This document shows positions 38,643 through 48,771 of a stretch of 64,000 bases of DNA, piece by piece. The DNA is from Candidatus Nealsonbacteria bacterium (GTDB lineage: Bacteria > Patescibacteriota > Minisyncoccia > Minisyncoccales > MHMH01). Below the pieces are notes generated by a model. The model was not told the DNA's origin, did no database searches, and was given only the letters and a program-made list of their open reading frames with translations. The first letter of the stretch is position 1; each line of letters opens with the position of its first letter. Location: positions 9,188 through 73,187 of the forward strand of contig JACPGX010000005.1 of NCBI GenBank assembly GCA_016188865.1, in the 5' to 3' direction. Made by a program: the position numbers and the translations under genes.

Positions 38643-39659
38643 ATTATTATATCAAACCCATATAATTTAGCAAAGTGTTTAGCGGAAGAGCCAAAGTATA
38701 GGCTCAAACAAGCAAAATCAGCTATTTTCCGAGATTTAATTCAAAACTGGGATGAGGCAAAAACTTTGCCTTTAGGATTGCGAGAAAAATTAAAAGAGAA
38801 TTGTCCACTTGAAATTACGGCCGAGCTCTTCCCGTCGGCAAAGGGAGGCACCATAAAGGCCCGCCTTGTTTTGCGAGACAGATTGAAGATTGAGTCGGTT
38901 TTGCTCCGCCATAAAGACGATAGAAATACCGTTTGCGTTTCTTCTCAAGTCGGCTGCCCCTTGGGCTGCCAATTTTGCATTACAGGTACTTTGGGATTTA
39001 AGAGAAATCTGGAATCATTGGAAATTGTTGAGCAGGTGTTATTCTTTGCCAGACTTTTAAAAAAGCCCTTCGGCACGGCTCAGGGTAAAGTGACCAACGT
39101 TGTTTTTATGGGAATGGGGGAGCCGTTTTTGAATTACGATAACGTCATTGGGGCGATTAAAATTTTAAATGACAAAGACGGCTTTAATTTAGGCGCAAGG
39201 CATTTTTCCATTTCTACCGTCGGCATTATCGAGGGAATTGAAAAATTGGCAAAAGAAAATCTTCAGATAAATTTGGCAGTTTCTTTGCATGCGCCTGAAG
39301 ACAGATTGCGCGAGAAAATAATGCCGATAAACAAAAAATATCCATTAGCCAAAATACTGGCAGCCGTGCGTAATTATATTAAAGAAACAAACAGAAGAGT
39401 TATGTTTGAATATATTATGATTAAAGATATGAATGATTCTGATGAGCAGGCAAAAGAGCTGGCAGAATTATTAAAAAATATTCCCCTTTCTTTTGTGAAT
39501 TTGATTTCTTACAATCCAACTGGTATTTTCCGTCCGTCTGAACCTGTAACCATTAAAAAATTTAAAGAAATTTTGGAGAAAAACGGTATTTCGGTTACGC
39601 AAAGATATCGTTTTGGCGATGATATCCGCGCTGCCTGCGGCCAGCTCGGCATTTGTTAA
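38643..39659 (+). CDS. rlmN: 23S rRNA/tRNA m2A radical-SAM methyltransferase RlmN (start uncertain)
   Basis: SSQVGCPLGCQFC, VVFMGMGEP, SLHA, AACGQL; RlmN-like N-terminus (EEPKYRLKQ) continues upstream of TTG 38766. Confidence 0.9.
   Translation: MIISNPYNLAKCLAEEPKYRLKQAKSAIFRDLIQNWDEAKTLPLGLREKLKENCPLEITAELFPSAKGGTIKARLVLRDRLKIESVLLRHKDDRNTVCVSSQVGCPLGCQFCITGTLGFKRNLESLEIVEQVLFFARLLKKPFGTAQGKVTNVVFMGMGEPFLNYDNVIGAIKILNDKDGFNLGARHFSISTVGIIEGIEKLAKENLQINLAVSLHAPEDRLREKIMPINKKYPLAKILAAVRNYIKETNRRVMFEYIMIKDMNDSDEQAKELAELLKNIPLSFVNLISYNPTGIFRPSEPVTIKKFKEILEKNGISVTQRYRFGDDIRAACGQLGIC
39066..39089 (+). repeat. 24-nt repeat copy in frame in rlmN (PFGTAQGK)
   Basis: cccttcggcacggctcagggtaaa. Confidence 0.8.
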
Positions 39660-39728
39660 TTTTTAAAAGACATGATAGATTTATCAGGAGTTCCTTTAAA
39701 AATAAATTCTTCAAAACGGAGGCCTAAA

Positions 39729-40604
39729 ATGAACTTTAAAGAAATAAAGAAGGTTTTGCTGTGGATTCTTGTTCTAAATTGGCTGGTGGCTTTCACTAAA
39801 ATCTTTATCGGTTTTTCCACGGGGACTTTAAGCATTTTAACTGACGGACTGCATTCTCTTTTTGACGGAGTGACAAATATCGTTGGTATTTTTGGAATCA
39901 AGCTTGCCGAAAAACCGGCAGATAAAGACCACCCTTACGGTCACAGAAAATATGAGGCGATAGCTTCTATGGTGATACTATTTTTTCTAGCGATCACGGC
40001 TTACGAGGTTTCTAAAAATATTATCAATAGGCTGCTTCATTCTTCGATAATAGATATTGATTGGTTCGTTTTTGGAGTTTTGGCATTTTGTCTTGTTGCC
40101 GATTATTTTGTGGCAAGATACGAATACAGAAAAGGGCAAGAACTAAAAAGCGTTATTTTGAAAGCAGACTCTTCCCACACTAAATCCCATTACATAACCA
40201 CCGGAGCAGTCATTTTGGGCGCGCTTTTGATGAAGCTAGGAGCTCCTTCGATGATCGATCCGATTATTGCCGTCTTCGTAGTAATGTTTGTTTTCAAGCT
40301 GGGTTACGATATTTTCAAAGAAACAACAGCTGTTTTATCTGACAAAGCTTTTATCGAAGAGGAAAGAATCAAAGAAATCGTTGAAAAAATATGCGGCTCC
40401 GGATCGTGCCATGAAATAAGAACTAGGGGAGATGAAAACCATATTTTTATGGATTTGCGCATTGTTTTTAATGAGCATATGACCCTGTCGGAAGTTCATA
40501 AAATCTGCGATCAATTAGAAGAAAGAATCAGGGCAGAAATCCCCGAAATTAAGGATATCACCGTTCATCCCGAGCCAGGCGAGGAGGCGGCCCATGATTG
40601 CTAA
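39729..40604 (+). CDS. Cation diffusion facilitator (FieF-like)
   Basis: DGLHSLFD, PADKDHPYGH, HPEP; SD-supported ATG 39729. Confidence 0.9.
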   Translation: MNFKEIKKVLLWILVLNWLVAFTKIFIGFSTGTLSILTDGLHSLFDGVTNIVGIFGIKLAEKPADKDHPYGHRKYEAIASMVILFFLAITAYEVSKNIINRLLHSSIIDIDWFVFGVLAFCLVADYFVARYEYRKGQELKSVILKADSSHTKSHYITTGAVILGALLMKLGAPSMIDPIIAVFVVMFVFKLGYDIFKETTAVLSDKAFIEEERIKEIVEKICGSGSCHEIRTRGDENHIFMDLRIVFNEHMTLSEVHKICDQLEERIRAEIPEIKDITVHPEPGEEAAHDC

Positions 40605-41442
40605 AGATTTTTATTCAAAGCTTTTAAGCTCCTTAAAAAACAGAAAAGATATAGTTATTAAAAAATATAAACTTCATTACAAAAAAGGCAAGTATGATTT
40701 TTTGAGAATTGCTTCAGAGGAAATTATGCCGATGGACAAAATAATTATGATTCGGGCGGGAATTCACGGCGATGAAATTGCCGGCCCCATAACTATTCTG
40801 GATCATGCTAATGAAATAATTGACCTGATTCACGATAATGGCTTGAAAATAATTCTTTACCCGCTGGGTAATCCATCTGGCTTTGAGATTCGCACAAGAT
40901 ACAATGCAGACTACAAAGACGGCGATTCGTGCAACAATGATTTTTTGCGCTATGAACTTGAACACGGCCTGCTAGTCGAAACAATTGGCGATAATGTTAG
41001 GTTTGAAAAATGGCATTGGCTTTCCGATGTCGCAGAAGAATTAAGGATTAAACTACCGGCAGAAACTAAGCTGATGCATAGGCTGCTGAAAAAAGATCCT
41101 TTGTCTCAAATTTCAGGTTTTGTTGATTTGCATCAAGATTTCAAAACTCCGGGTTTAGGGATGGCGGCTGCCTATCACTATTCTTTCGACGGCTTGGAGG
41201 CTTACGAGAATATAGTAAAGTGCATAGAAGAAATTGCGCCGCTTCTTAGCGATGAGATAGGCGCTGACGAGCGAGGATTTATTATTGAGCATGACGGCAG
41301 TTTGGACGATCTGATGCACAGGTTGGGAGTGAAATACTGCGTAACCTGCGAGACAACTGGAGCTACTCCCTTAGATATCGCCTGCCAGGTAAATTTAATT
41401 TGGATTAAAGGAATTGCAGATTTAGTAAAGGAGGTGAAATAA
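40594..41442 (+). CDS. M14-family zinc carboxypeptidase / succinylglutamate desuccinylase-like hydrolase
   Basis: AGIHGDE, NPSG...RYN, DLHQD, TCET. Confidence 0.8.
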   Translation: MIAKDFYSKLLSSLKNRKDIVIKKYKLHYKKGKYDFLRIASEEIMPMDKIIMIRAGIHGDEIAGPITILDHANEIIDLIHDNGLKIILYPLGNPSGFEIRTRYNADYKDGDSCNNDFLRYELEHGLLVETIGDNVRFEKWHWLSDVAEELRIKLPAETKLMHRLLKKDPLSQISGFVDLHQDFKTPGLGMAAAYHYSFDGLEAYENIVKCIEEIAPLLSDEIGADERGFIIEHDGSLDDLMHRLGVKYCVTCETTGATPLDIACQVNLIWIKGIADLVKEVK

Positions 41443-42599
41443 TGCCAAAGTTCGCTCTTTCTGGGGCTGTTAGATCAATTGAGCCATCGCCGACTTTTGA
41501 GATAGAAGCCAAAGTGAAAGAAATGCAAAAAAATGGAGCGAAGGTTTTTAATCTTAATCTCGGCGAGCCGGATTTTTTTACATCCGATAATGTGAAGTCA
41601 GCAGCTCTCATAGCTATTGTGGAGAATAAAACAAGATATACCCAGGTTAAAGGAATGCCCAAGCTTCTTGAGGCAGTTTGCGAGAAATTCAAGAGTGATA
41701 ACGGTTTGGTTTATACTCCAAAAGAAGTCATTGTCAGCAATGGGGCGAAACAGATTTTATATCTAGCCATCAGGACAGTTTGCGAGGTAGGCGACGAGGT
41801 TATTGTTTTGGCTCCTTACTGGGTAAGTTATCCTGAAATAACTAAGTTAGCCGGAGGTAAGCCAGTAATCGTCAAAACCGATGATTTCCGTTTTTCCGCA
41901 GAAGCTATTCGAAAGGCCATTACTCGAAAAACAAAAGCTATTGTTATCAATTCGCCGAACAATCCGACAAGCATTGTCTGGACCAAAGATGAACTGGAGG
42001 AGCTGGGAAAACTGGTTATGAAATACAGAATTTTGGTTATTTCCGATGAAATTTATGAAAGATTTCTTTTTGACGGGGCAAAACATTTTAGTTTTGCCGC
42101 AATGGCTCCGAAGCTGAAAAATTACACCATTACCGTTAACGGCGTAAGCAAAACTTACGCTATGACAGGCTTTAGGGTAGGTTATGCCGGCGGACCAGCT
42201 TACATAATTGAGAAAATGGCTGATTTGCAAAGCCATGTTTCTTCAAGCATCTGCTCAATTTCTCAAGAAGCTGCCGTGGAGGCGCTCTCGGGCGGGAAAG
42301 AGTTAGTCAACAAAATGGTGCGGGAGTTCGATGAAAGGCGCAAGCTTGTTTGCGATGATTTAAGAAATTTGGGAGTTGAATTTATTAAGCCAGAAGGCGC
42401 TTACTATGTATTTTTTAAAGTTGAGCCGCACTTTGACTCAATGCACTTTTGCGAAATATTGCTTCAGGATTTTAAAGTAGCTTTAAATCCGGGCGAGAGT
42501 TTCGGAACCCCGGGCTGGGTGAGGTTAAGCTACACCGTTAATCGCGATGATTTGAAAGAAGCAATGTACAGAATCGGGATGATGTTCAGAAGGGGATAG
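41442..42599 (+). CDS. Class I/II PLP aminotransferase (AspC-like)
   Basis: [39 protein letters not shown]. Confidence 0.93.
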   Translation: MPKFALSGAVRSIEPSPTFEIEAKVKEMQKNGAKVFNLNLGEPDFFTSDNVKSAALIAIVENKTRYTQVKGMPKLLEAVCEKFKSDNGLVYTPKEVIVSNGAKQILYLAIRTVCEVGDEVIVLAPYWVSYPEITKLAGGKPVIVKTDDFRFSAEAIRKAITRKTKAIVINSPNNPTSIVWTKDELEELGKLVMKYRILVISDEIYERFLFDGAKHFSFAAMAPKLKNYTITVNGVSKTYAMTGFRVGYAGGPAYIIEKMADLQSHVSSSICSISQEAAVEALSGGKELVNKMVREFDERRKLVCDDLRNLGVEFIKPEGAYYVFFKVEPHFDSMHFCEILLQDFKVALNPGESFGTPGWVRLSYTVNRDDLKEAMYRIGMMFRRG

Positions 42600-42601
42600 C
42601 T

Positions 42602-43432
42602 ATGGAAAAGAAAATAATTATTACTGCGGCAGTTTGCGGCTCTAGGTCCATGAAGACGGACAATCCGGCAGTTCCCTATACGCCAAAAGAAATCATAGAA
42701 GCAGCCGTGGAATGCCACAAAGCAGGAGCTGCCATAGCCCATATTCATGTGAGGGATCCAGAAACAGGCAAGCCGTCTTTCAGGATTAGTTATTTTGAGA
42801 AAGTGCTGGAAGGCATCAGGGAAAAATGCGACATGATTGTCAACCTAAGTACCTCCGGCTTATTTCTCAATGAACATGACGCAATTCCGCGACGACTTCA
42901 AGTTATACGTTTAAAACCAGACATTTGTTCTTTAGATGTCGGTTCCATGAATTTTGCCGATGTTGCGTTCGTCAATCCTCCTCAATGGGGGCAAGCTGCA
43001 GCCGAATTGTCGCAATGCCTCGGAGTCAAGCCGGAAATTGAAGTATTCGATATCGGCCACATTGCGCAGGCAAATGACCTAATCGAAAACGAGTTGGTTG
43101 ACAAGCCCTATTATTTCCAGCTTTGCATGGGCGCTGGCTGGGGGATTCCGGCTACCGAAGAAAATCTTTTATTTATGAAAAATAAATTACTGGAAGGCGT
43201 AATTTGGAGCGTTTTGGGAATCGGCAAATACCAGCGTCCCATGATTACTCTTGCCATGGAATTGGGAGGTCACGTCAGGGTCGGCTTCGAAGACAATCTT
43301 CTTATAGAAAAAGGGAAGCTGGCCAAGTCTAACGCAGAATTCGTGGAACTTGCTGTTAATCTTGCTTTAGTCAGGGACCGAGAGCCAGCCACTTCCGCAG
43401 AAGCCAGAGAGATCCTCGGCTTAAATAAATAA
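42602..43432 (+). CDS. Beta-keto acid cleavage enzyme (BKACE/Kce, DUF849)
   Basis: [40 protein letters not shown]. Confidence 0.92.
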   Translation: MEKKIIITAAVCGSRSMKTDNPAVPYTPKEIIEAAVECHKAGAAIAHIHVRDPETGKPSFRISYFEKVLEGIREKCDMIVNLSTSGLFLNEHDAIPRRLQVIRLKPDICSLDVGSMNFADVAFVNPPQWGQAAAELSQCLGVKPEIEVFDIGHIAQANDLIENELVDKPYYFQLCMGAGWGIPATEENLLFMKNKLLEGVIWSVLGIGKYQRPMITLAMELGGHVRVGFEDNLLIEKGKLAKSNAEFVELAVNLALVRDREPATSAEAREILGLNK

Positions 43433-43435
43433 ATT

Positions 43436-43464
43436 AAATGCCAGTCCTTAAAGGAACTGGCATT
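43436..43464 (+). terminator. Terminator after BKACE
   Basis: aaatgccagt...actggcattt. Confidence 0.7.
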
Positions 43465-43525
43465 TTATGTTAGAATAGAATTACCATGTGCAAGACTTGC
43501 GCCAGACATAAAAAGAAGAAATAAA

Positions 43526-43987
43526 ATGGGAAAAATAAAAAAAATTTATTTAGGCGCGGACCACGCTGGTTTTAAATTAAAAGAAAGAATTAAAAAGTAC
43601 CTTGGGTTAAAGGGCATTGTTTATGAGGATTTGGGTACGCATTCCTTAGAATCGGTTGACTATCCCGATTATGCAATTGGGGTTGCAAAAAAAGTTGCTA
43701 AAAAAAACAATGCTAGAGGCATTTTAATTTGCGGCACGGGAACCGGCATGGCTATTGCCGCCAATAAAGTCAAAGGCATTAGGGCCGTGGCAGCTTATGA
43801 TAGATATTCGGCTAAGATGTCCCGGCTTCATAATAATGCCAATATTTTAGCATTGCGCGGAAGATTTTTCCCTTTTGAAAAAATAAAAAAGATTGTTTCA
43901 GTTTGGCTGGCAACGCCTTTCAGCCAAAAAGCCAGGCATAAAAGGAGAATAAATAAAATTAAGCAGTTTGAGGAAAATGGAAGTTAA
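43526..43987 (+). CDS. rpiB: Ribose-5-phosphate isomerase B
   Basis: GADHAG, DYPD, CGTGTG, HNNAN. Confidence 0.95.
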   Translation: MGKIKKIYLGADHAGFKLKERIKKYLGLKGIVYEDLGTHSLESVDYPDYAIGVAKKVAKKNNARGILICGTGTGMAIAANKVKGIRAVAAYDRYSAKMSRLHNNANILALRGRFFPFEKIKKIVSVWLATPFSQKARHKRRINKIKQFEENGS

Positions 43988-44606
43988 GATTATCCCAGCT
44001 ATTATTGCCAAGTCGCAGAAAGACTTAGAAGAAAAAATAAATCGGGTTAAAGATTTTGTTGATCGTGTTCAGTTAGATATTATGGATGGAATTTTTGTCC
44101 CCAACGAATCTCTTAATTTTAATTTTAAATTGCCCGAAATAAATTGTCAGCTTGAAGCTCATTTAATGGTGGATAATCCAGACGGCTGGGTTCAGAAAAA
44201 TTGGGAAAAAGTTGATACAATTTTAATACCGATTGAATCATGCGAGAAACCAAAAGAATTCATTAAATTTTTTAAAGGAAAGGAAAAAAAGATAGGATTT
44301 ACCTTGAATCCGGAAACGCCGCTAGAGGCAGTAAAAGATTATTTAGGCGAAATTAATCAAGTTTTAATTATGACGGTTAGTCCCGGTTTTTACGGAGCAA
44401 AGTTTTTACCGGAAACATTGGAAAAAGTAAGGGAATTGAGAAAATTAAAATCTGAAATTGATATAGAAGTCGATGGGGGGATAACCCCTGATACCATAAA
44501 GATGGCGCGTGAAGCCGGAGCCAATTTATTCGTTTCCGGATCATATATTATGAATTCTCAGAACCCCCAAAAAGCAATCGAAACCCTGTCTCATTTCCGT
44601 GCTTAA
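43977..44606 (+). CDS. rpe: Ribulose-phosphate 3-epimerase
   Basis: DIMDGIFVPN, HLMV, MTVSPGFYG, EVDGG. Confidence 0.95.
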   Translation: MEVKIIPAIIAKSQKDLEEKINRVKDFVDRVQLDIMDGIFVPNESLNFNFKLPEINCQLEAHLMVDNPDGWVQKNWEKVDTILIPIESCEKPKEFIKFFKGKEKKIGFTLNPETPLEAVKDYLGEINQVLIMTVSPGFYGAKFLPETLEKVRELRKLKSEIDIEVDGGITPDTIKMAREAGANLFVSGSYIMNSQNPQKAIETLSHFRA

Positions 44607-44610
44607 ATAC

Positions 44611-44641
44611 AGGGAAGCTCCGCAAGGGCTTCCTTTTTTTT
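44611..44641 (+). terminator. Terminator after rpe
   Basis: ggaagctc-cgcaa-gggcttcc followed by a T run. Confidence 0.75.
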
Positions 44642-44690
44642 GTTTACACTTGGCTTATTGAGGTGGTAGAATGGGGAAAGACGATAATTT

Positions 44691-45179
44691 ATGGAAAAAA
44701 AAGAAAATAACTACGCCTTTATTGACAGCCAAAATTTAAATTTAGGCGTAAAGAGTCGAGGTTGGAATTTAGATTTCGCAAGATTTAGACAATTCCTAAA
44801 AGATAAATACCGCGCTGGAAAAGCGTATCTTTTTATTGGCTTTGTGCCAGAAAATCAGGCACTATATACCGAATTACAGAAAGCAGGTTACATTTGCATT
44901 TTTAAGCCAACCTTAGAGATAAAAGAAGGTAATAAAATCAAGGTTAAGGGTAATGTTGATGCTGAACTGATTTTACATACGATGATTGAATACCCAAATT
45001 ATGAAAAAGCAATTATTGTTTCCGGAGATGGAGATTTTTATTGTTTAATTGAATATTTAGTTAGACAGAATAAATTACGTAAAATAATCGTACCCAATAT
45101 TCATTTTTCATCTTTACTTAGGGGGTTTAGTAATTTTGTCGTCAATATCCAGTTATTTAAAGAAAAACTAAAGAAATAA
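44691..45179 (+). CDS. NYN-domain (LabA/DUF88, PIN-fold) ribonuclease
   Basis: FIDSQNL, KGNVDAEL, VSGDGDF acidic motifs. Confidence 0.9.
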   Translation: MEKKENNYAFIDSQNLNLGVKSRGWNLDFARFRQFLKDKYRAGKAYLFIGFVPENQALYTELQKAGYICIFKPTLEIKEGNKIKVKGNVDAELILHTMIEYPNYEKAIIVSGDGDFYCLIEYLVRQNKLRKIIVPNIHFSSLLRGFSNFVVNIQLFKEKLKK

Positions 45180-45233
45180 AAAAGAGAGGCATTCCCTCGG
45201 GACGAAACCCTTTGGTAGTCCTCTCATCGTGAT
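45178..45233 (-). ncRNA. Candidate ~56-nt hairpin small RNA convergent on the NYN gene
   Basis: Minus-strand TTGACA (45268-45263)-N17-TATCAT (45245-45240); GAGAGG/CCUCUC stem followed by a U run. Confidence 0.55.
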
Positions 45234-45239
45234 ATTTTA

Positions 45240-47039
45240 ATGATATCAAACGGAAAATATATTGTCAATAGGCCCACTACAAAACAATTAGAGTTAATGG
45301 CTAATAAATTAAGGATTCACTCTTTGGAATCCACCACTGAGGCGGGCTCTGGTCACGCTACCTCTTGTTTGTCTTGCGCCGAGATAATGAGCTCTTTCTT
45401 TTTTTCGGTTTTAGGGAAAAATGACGAATTTATTCTTTCTAAAGGCCACGCTGCTCCGATTTTTTGGGCGGTTTTGGCTGAAGCCGGATGTTTTGCTAGA
45501 AAAGAATTAAAAAATTTGAGAAAAATCGGCAGCTTTCTAGAGGGCCATCCCACTGCCCGCATGCCTTGGGTGAGAGTGGCTACCGGCTCCTTGGGCCAAG
45601 GATTGTCAGCTGGAGTTGGCATGGCTTTGGCAAAAAAGTTAAAGGGCGGGGAAGGCAGAGTCTACGTTCTCTTGGGAGATGGCGAATGCGCAGAAGGTTC
45701 TGTTTGGGAAGCGGCCAATGCTGCCGCCCATCATTGTCTGAATAATATTTTAGCTATTGTAGATGTTAACAGGCTGGGCCAATCCGGCCAAACTATGCAC
45801 GGTCATGACTTGGAAACGTACAAAAAGAAATTTGAAGCTTTTGGCTGGCAGGCGATTATTGTTGACGGCCATAATGTTCAGGAAATTTTATCGGCTTTTG
45901 AAAAAGCAAAAGAAAGCAAGTTTCCGTTTGTTATTATCGCTAAGACTTTTAAGGGCAAAGGGGTTTCATCTTTACAGGATAAAGATGGCTGGCATGGCAA
46001 GGCTTTAAAAAAAGAAGAATTAGAAAAAGCGCTTCAGGAAATTGGGCCTGCCGATATTGAACTTCCTTCAATGTTTGAGTGCCCCGAAAGATTAAGCCCT
46101 AAATTTATTGATTTTAAATTGAATAATTATAAATTGGGCGATTTGGTTTCTACCAGAGAAGCTTATGGCAGAGCTTTGGTGAATTTAGGTAAAATAAATA
46201 AAGATGTTGTAGTGATTGACGGAGATGTTAAGAATTCCACAATGACTGAATATTTTTTTGAGCAATTCCCCGGAAGAGCTTTCCAATCGTATATTGCCGA
46301 ACAAAATATGGTGGGCATGGCAGTTGGTTTTTCAGCTATGGGGCTTTCTCCCTTCGTTGCCACCTTTTCCGCTTTTTTAAGCAGGGCGCATGATTTTATC
46401 AGAATGGCGCAGTATTCTTTTTCCAACATTAAATTTGCCGGCTCTCATTCCGGCGTGAGCATCGGGCAGGACGGCCCCTCGCAAATGGGCCTTGAAGATA
46501 TACCGATATTTTTAAATATACCGGAAGCGCGGGTATTTTATCCGTCAGACGCTGTTTCTTCCGAGTATTTATTAAAAGAAACTGCCAGATTTAACGGCAT
46601 TTCTTATTTAAGGACAACCCGAGAAAAAACAAAGGTAATTTATAAAAATGGGGAAAAGTTTCCGGTTGGCGGTTTTAAAGTTTGGAAAAGCGGCAAAAAG
46701 GATAAGGCCTTGGTAATCAGCGCGGGCATCACAGTCCACGAGGCCCTTAAAGCGCAAAATACTTTGCTAAAAGAAAAGAATATCCCGATTAGGGTTGTCG
46801 ACCTTTATTCCTTGAAGCCATTGGATTCTAAGGCATTGAGTAAAGAGGCGGAAGAGTGCGATAATAATGTTGTCGTTGTTGAGGACCATTATTGTTCCGG
46901 TTTGGGTTTTGTTGTTTCTATGGCTTTGGGGAAAATTAAGACGCTTTGCGTAAGAGATGTCCCGCGTTCCGGCAAACCGGAAGAATTAATGAGAAAATAT
47001 GGCATCGATTTTTCTGCTATAATAAAAGCAATAATATGA
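45240..47039 (+). CDS. tkt: Transketolase (start uncertain; alternative ATG 45297)
   Basis: LSKGHAAP, TGSLGQG, GDGE..EG TPP motif, IAEQNM, DGPSQM. Confidence 0.95.
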   Translation: MISNGKYIVNRPTTKQLELMANKLRIHSLESTTEAGSGHATSCLSCAEIMSSFFFSVLGKNDEFILSKGHAAPIFWAVLAEAGCFARKELKNLRKIGSFLEGHPTARMPWVRVATGSLGQGLSAGVGMALAKKLKGGEGRVYVLLGDGECAEGSVWEAANAAAHHCLNNILAIVDVNRLGQSGQTMHGHDLETYKKKFEAFGWQAIIVDGHNVQEILSAFEKAKESKFPFVIIAKTFKGKGVSSLQDKDGWHGKALKKEELEKALQEIGPADIELPSMFECPERLSPKFIDFKLNNYKLGDLVSTREAYGRALVNLGKINKDVVVIDGDVKNSTMTEYFFEQFPGRAFQSYIAEQNMVGMAVGFSAMGLSPFVATFSAFLSRAHDFIRMAQYSFSNIKFAGSHSGVSIGQDGPSQMGLEDIPIFLNIPEARVFYPSDAVSSEYLLKETARFNGISYLRTTREKTKVIYKNGEKFPVGGFKVWKSGKKDKALVISAGITVHEALKAQNTLLKEKNIPIRVVDLYSLKPLDSKALSKEAEECDNNVVVVEDHYCSGLGFVVSMALGKIKTLCVRDVPRSGKPEELMRKYGIDFSAIIKAII

Positions 47040-47836
47040 AGATTTTTATAGATTCCGCTAACTTAGAAGAAATAGAGAAAGCTTACAGCTCGGGTATTTT
47101 AGATGGAATCACCACCAATCCTTCTTTGATAAAAAAAGCCATGGAAGGCAAAAGCAATATTGATATGGAAAACCATATCAAAAGAATATTGCAAGTGGCT
47201 AAGGGAACGAGAGTTAGTTTGGAAGTGACAGAATTTACTTATGATAAAATGGTGGAACAGGGGAGAAAACTTTTTAAAATGTTTAATCCGGTTGCCAAGA
47301 ATGTTTATATCAAAATTCCGGCAAATCCGTCTTTTGAGGGAGAGAAGAACAGAGAGTTTGAAGGCTTGAGGGCGATAAAAACATTATCCGGCGAGGGCAT
47401 ACCGATTAACTGCACCTTGATTTTTACTCCCGAGCAGGCTTTATTGGCAGCCAAGGCCGGAGCTAAGATAGTCAGCCCGTTTGCCGGCAGAGTTGACGAT
47501 TATATCAGGACTCTAAGCAATATTTCTTTTAATAAATCGGATTATTTTACGGCCGAGGGCAGAGATAGTTTAAATGATAATGGCATTGTTTCCGGGATTG
47601 ACTTGGTACGGCAAATTGTAGATATCTTTAAAAGATATAATATTAAAGCTGAAGTTTTGGCAGCCAGCATTAGAAATGCCCGGCAGGCAAGGGAAGCTGC
47701 TTTAGCCGGAGCCGATATTGTGACCCTGCCATTCGATGTGATAAAAGAATTGATGTCTCATTATAAAACTAAAGAAGGCATGAAAAGTTTCACAGACGAT
47801 GCTATCCCGGAATATATTGAGTTAACCAAAAATTAA
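47036..47836 (+). CDS. tal: Transaldolase / fructose-6-phosphate aldolase family
   Basis: MKIFIDSA, GITTNPS, IKIP, SPFAGR, AASIR; ATGA overlap with tkt. Confidence 0.92.
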   Translation: MKIFIDSANLEEIEKAYSSGILDGITTNPSLIKKAMEGKSNIDMENHIKRILQVAKGTRVSLEVTEFTYDKMVEQGRKLFKMFNPVAKNVYIKIPANPSFEGEKNREFEGLRAIKTLSGEGIPINCTLIFTPEQALLAAKAGAKIVSPFAGRVDDYIRTLSNISFNKSDYFTAEGRDSLNDNGIVSGIDLVRQIVDIFKRYNIKAEVLAASIRNARQAREAALAGADIVTLPFDVIKELMSHYKTKEGMKSFTDDAIPEYIELTKN

Positions 47837-47917
47837 AGGTCGATACTATAAACTAAAAACTAATAAATCCCGATACCATCGAGGATCCTCGAAGAAGTCG
47901 GGACTATAAACTAAACT

Positions 47918-48076
47918 ATGGCAGAAGCTTATTGCGTAAAGTGTAAATCAAAAAGAGAAATGTCTGGCGCCAAAGAGGTGGAAATGAAAGGCAAGGGTGG
48001 GACTACCAGGAAAGCCATGACCGGCTCTTGTCCTAAATGTTCAACCAAGATGTTTAGAATTATGGGCAAGGCATAG
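47918..48076 (+). CDS. Small zinc-ribbon protein (DUF5679-like), absent from the ORF track
   Basis: MAEAYCVKCKSKREM...GSCPKCSTKMFRIMGKA*, 52 aa. Confidence 0.85.
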   Translation: MAEAYCVKCKSKREMSGAKEVEMKGKGGTTRKAMTGSCPKCSTKMFRIMGKA

Positions 48077-48146
48077 CATTAAAGATTTCCAGAAGTCTTT
48101 AAAAAGCCGTCCGACCCGAAAGGGTACGAGGCGGCTTTTGGATTGA

Positions 48147-48171
48147 TGATAGGATGTCCGACATCCTATCA
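48147..48171. repeat. 25-bp perfect palindrome with 1-nt centre
   Basis: TGATAGGATGTC-C-GACATCCTATCA. Confidence 0.85.
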
Positions 48172-48185
48172 AATACATCGCTTTA

Positions 48186-48521
48186 TTATAAGGGGGAAGT
48201 ATAGGTTTTGAGAATAGCTATGGCCAAGATGACAATTCCCGCGAAAAGTCCCGCAAGAGTACTCCACTTGAAGATAGCGTTCTTAATGACAGATTTTAGG
48301 TCTTTGTACCCGAAGAAAACCGTAAGCACCAACAATATCGTTAAGCTTATTGTAGCAATGAACACAAAGACTGCTCCAATGTATGCAATCGTGACGCCGT
48401 ATAAAAGAGGAATTACTGTTAAGAGTAAAGTATTAATCGATAAGAATATTCCAGTCGCAAATCCAACAAACACATAATTAAGTTTGTCTTTTCTGTTCTC
48501 TTTCCACATCGACAATTTCAT
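48186..48521 (-). CDS. Hypothetical membrane protein
   Basis: Three hydrophobic segments; upstream TTGACA/TATACT promoter and GAGGAGG SD. Confidence 0.7.
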   Translation of the reverse strand: MKLSMWKENRKDKLNYVFVGFATGIFLSINTLLLTVIPLLYGVTIAYIGAVFVFIATISLTILLVLTVFFGYKDLKSVIKNAIFKWSTLAGLFAGIVILAIAILKTYTSPL

Positions 48522-48641
48522 TTTCCTTACCTCCTCGTTATAAATTTACTAAAGATAGTATACCACCCTTATTCATCCTGTCAAGTTTTTTTGCGGAACG
48601 AGTTTTCAAAACCTACAGACTCCCGATGTCTGTATGTTTTA

Positions 48642-48673
48642 TTTTTTGATGTGGGACAGGGCGATGCGGCGTT
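48642..48673 (+). pseudogene. Duplicated 32-bp fragment of comEC (FFDVGQGDAA)
   Basis: 31 of 32 bases identical to 49310-49341. Confidence 0.7.
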
Positions 48674-48771
48674 GATGCAAGGTACGCCGCCAAAGACATC
48701 AGGTTTGAGGTGGCGATAACGCCAAAAATTAAAAGAGCTTCAGTTTTAGCTAAAGCCCTTTTGATTATTCG

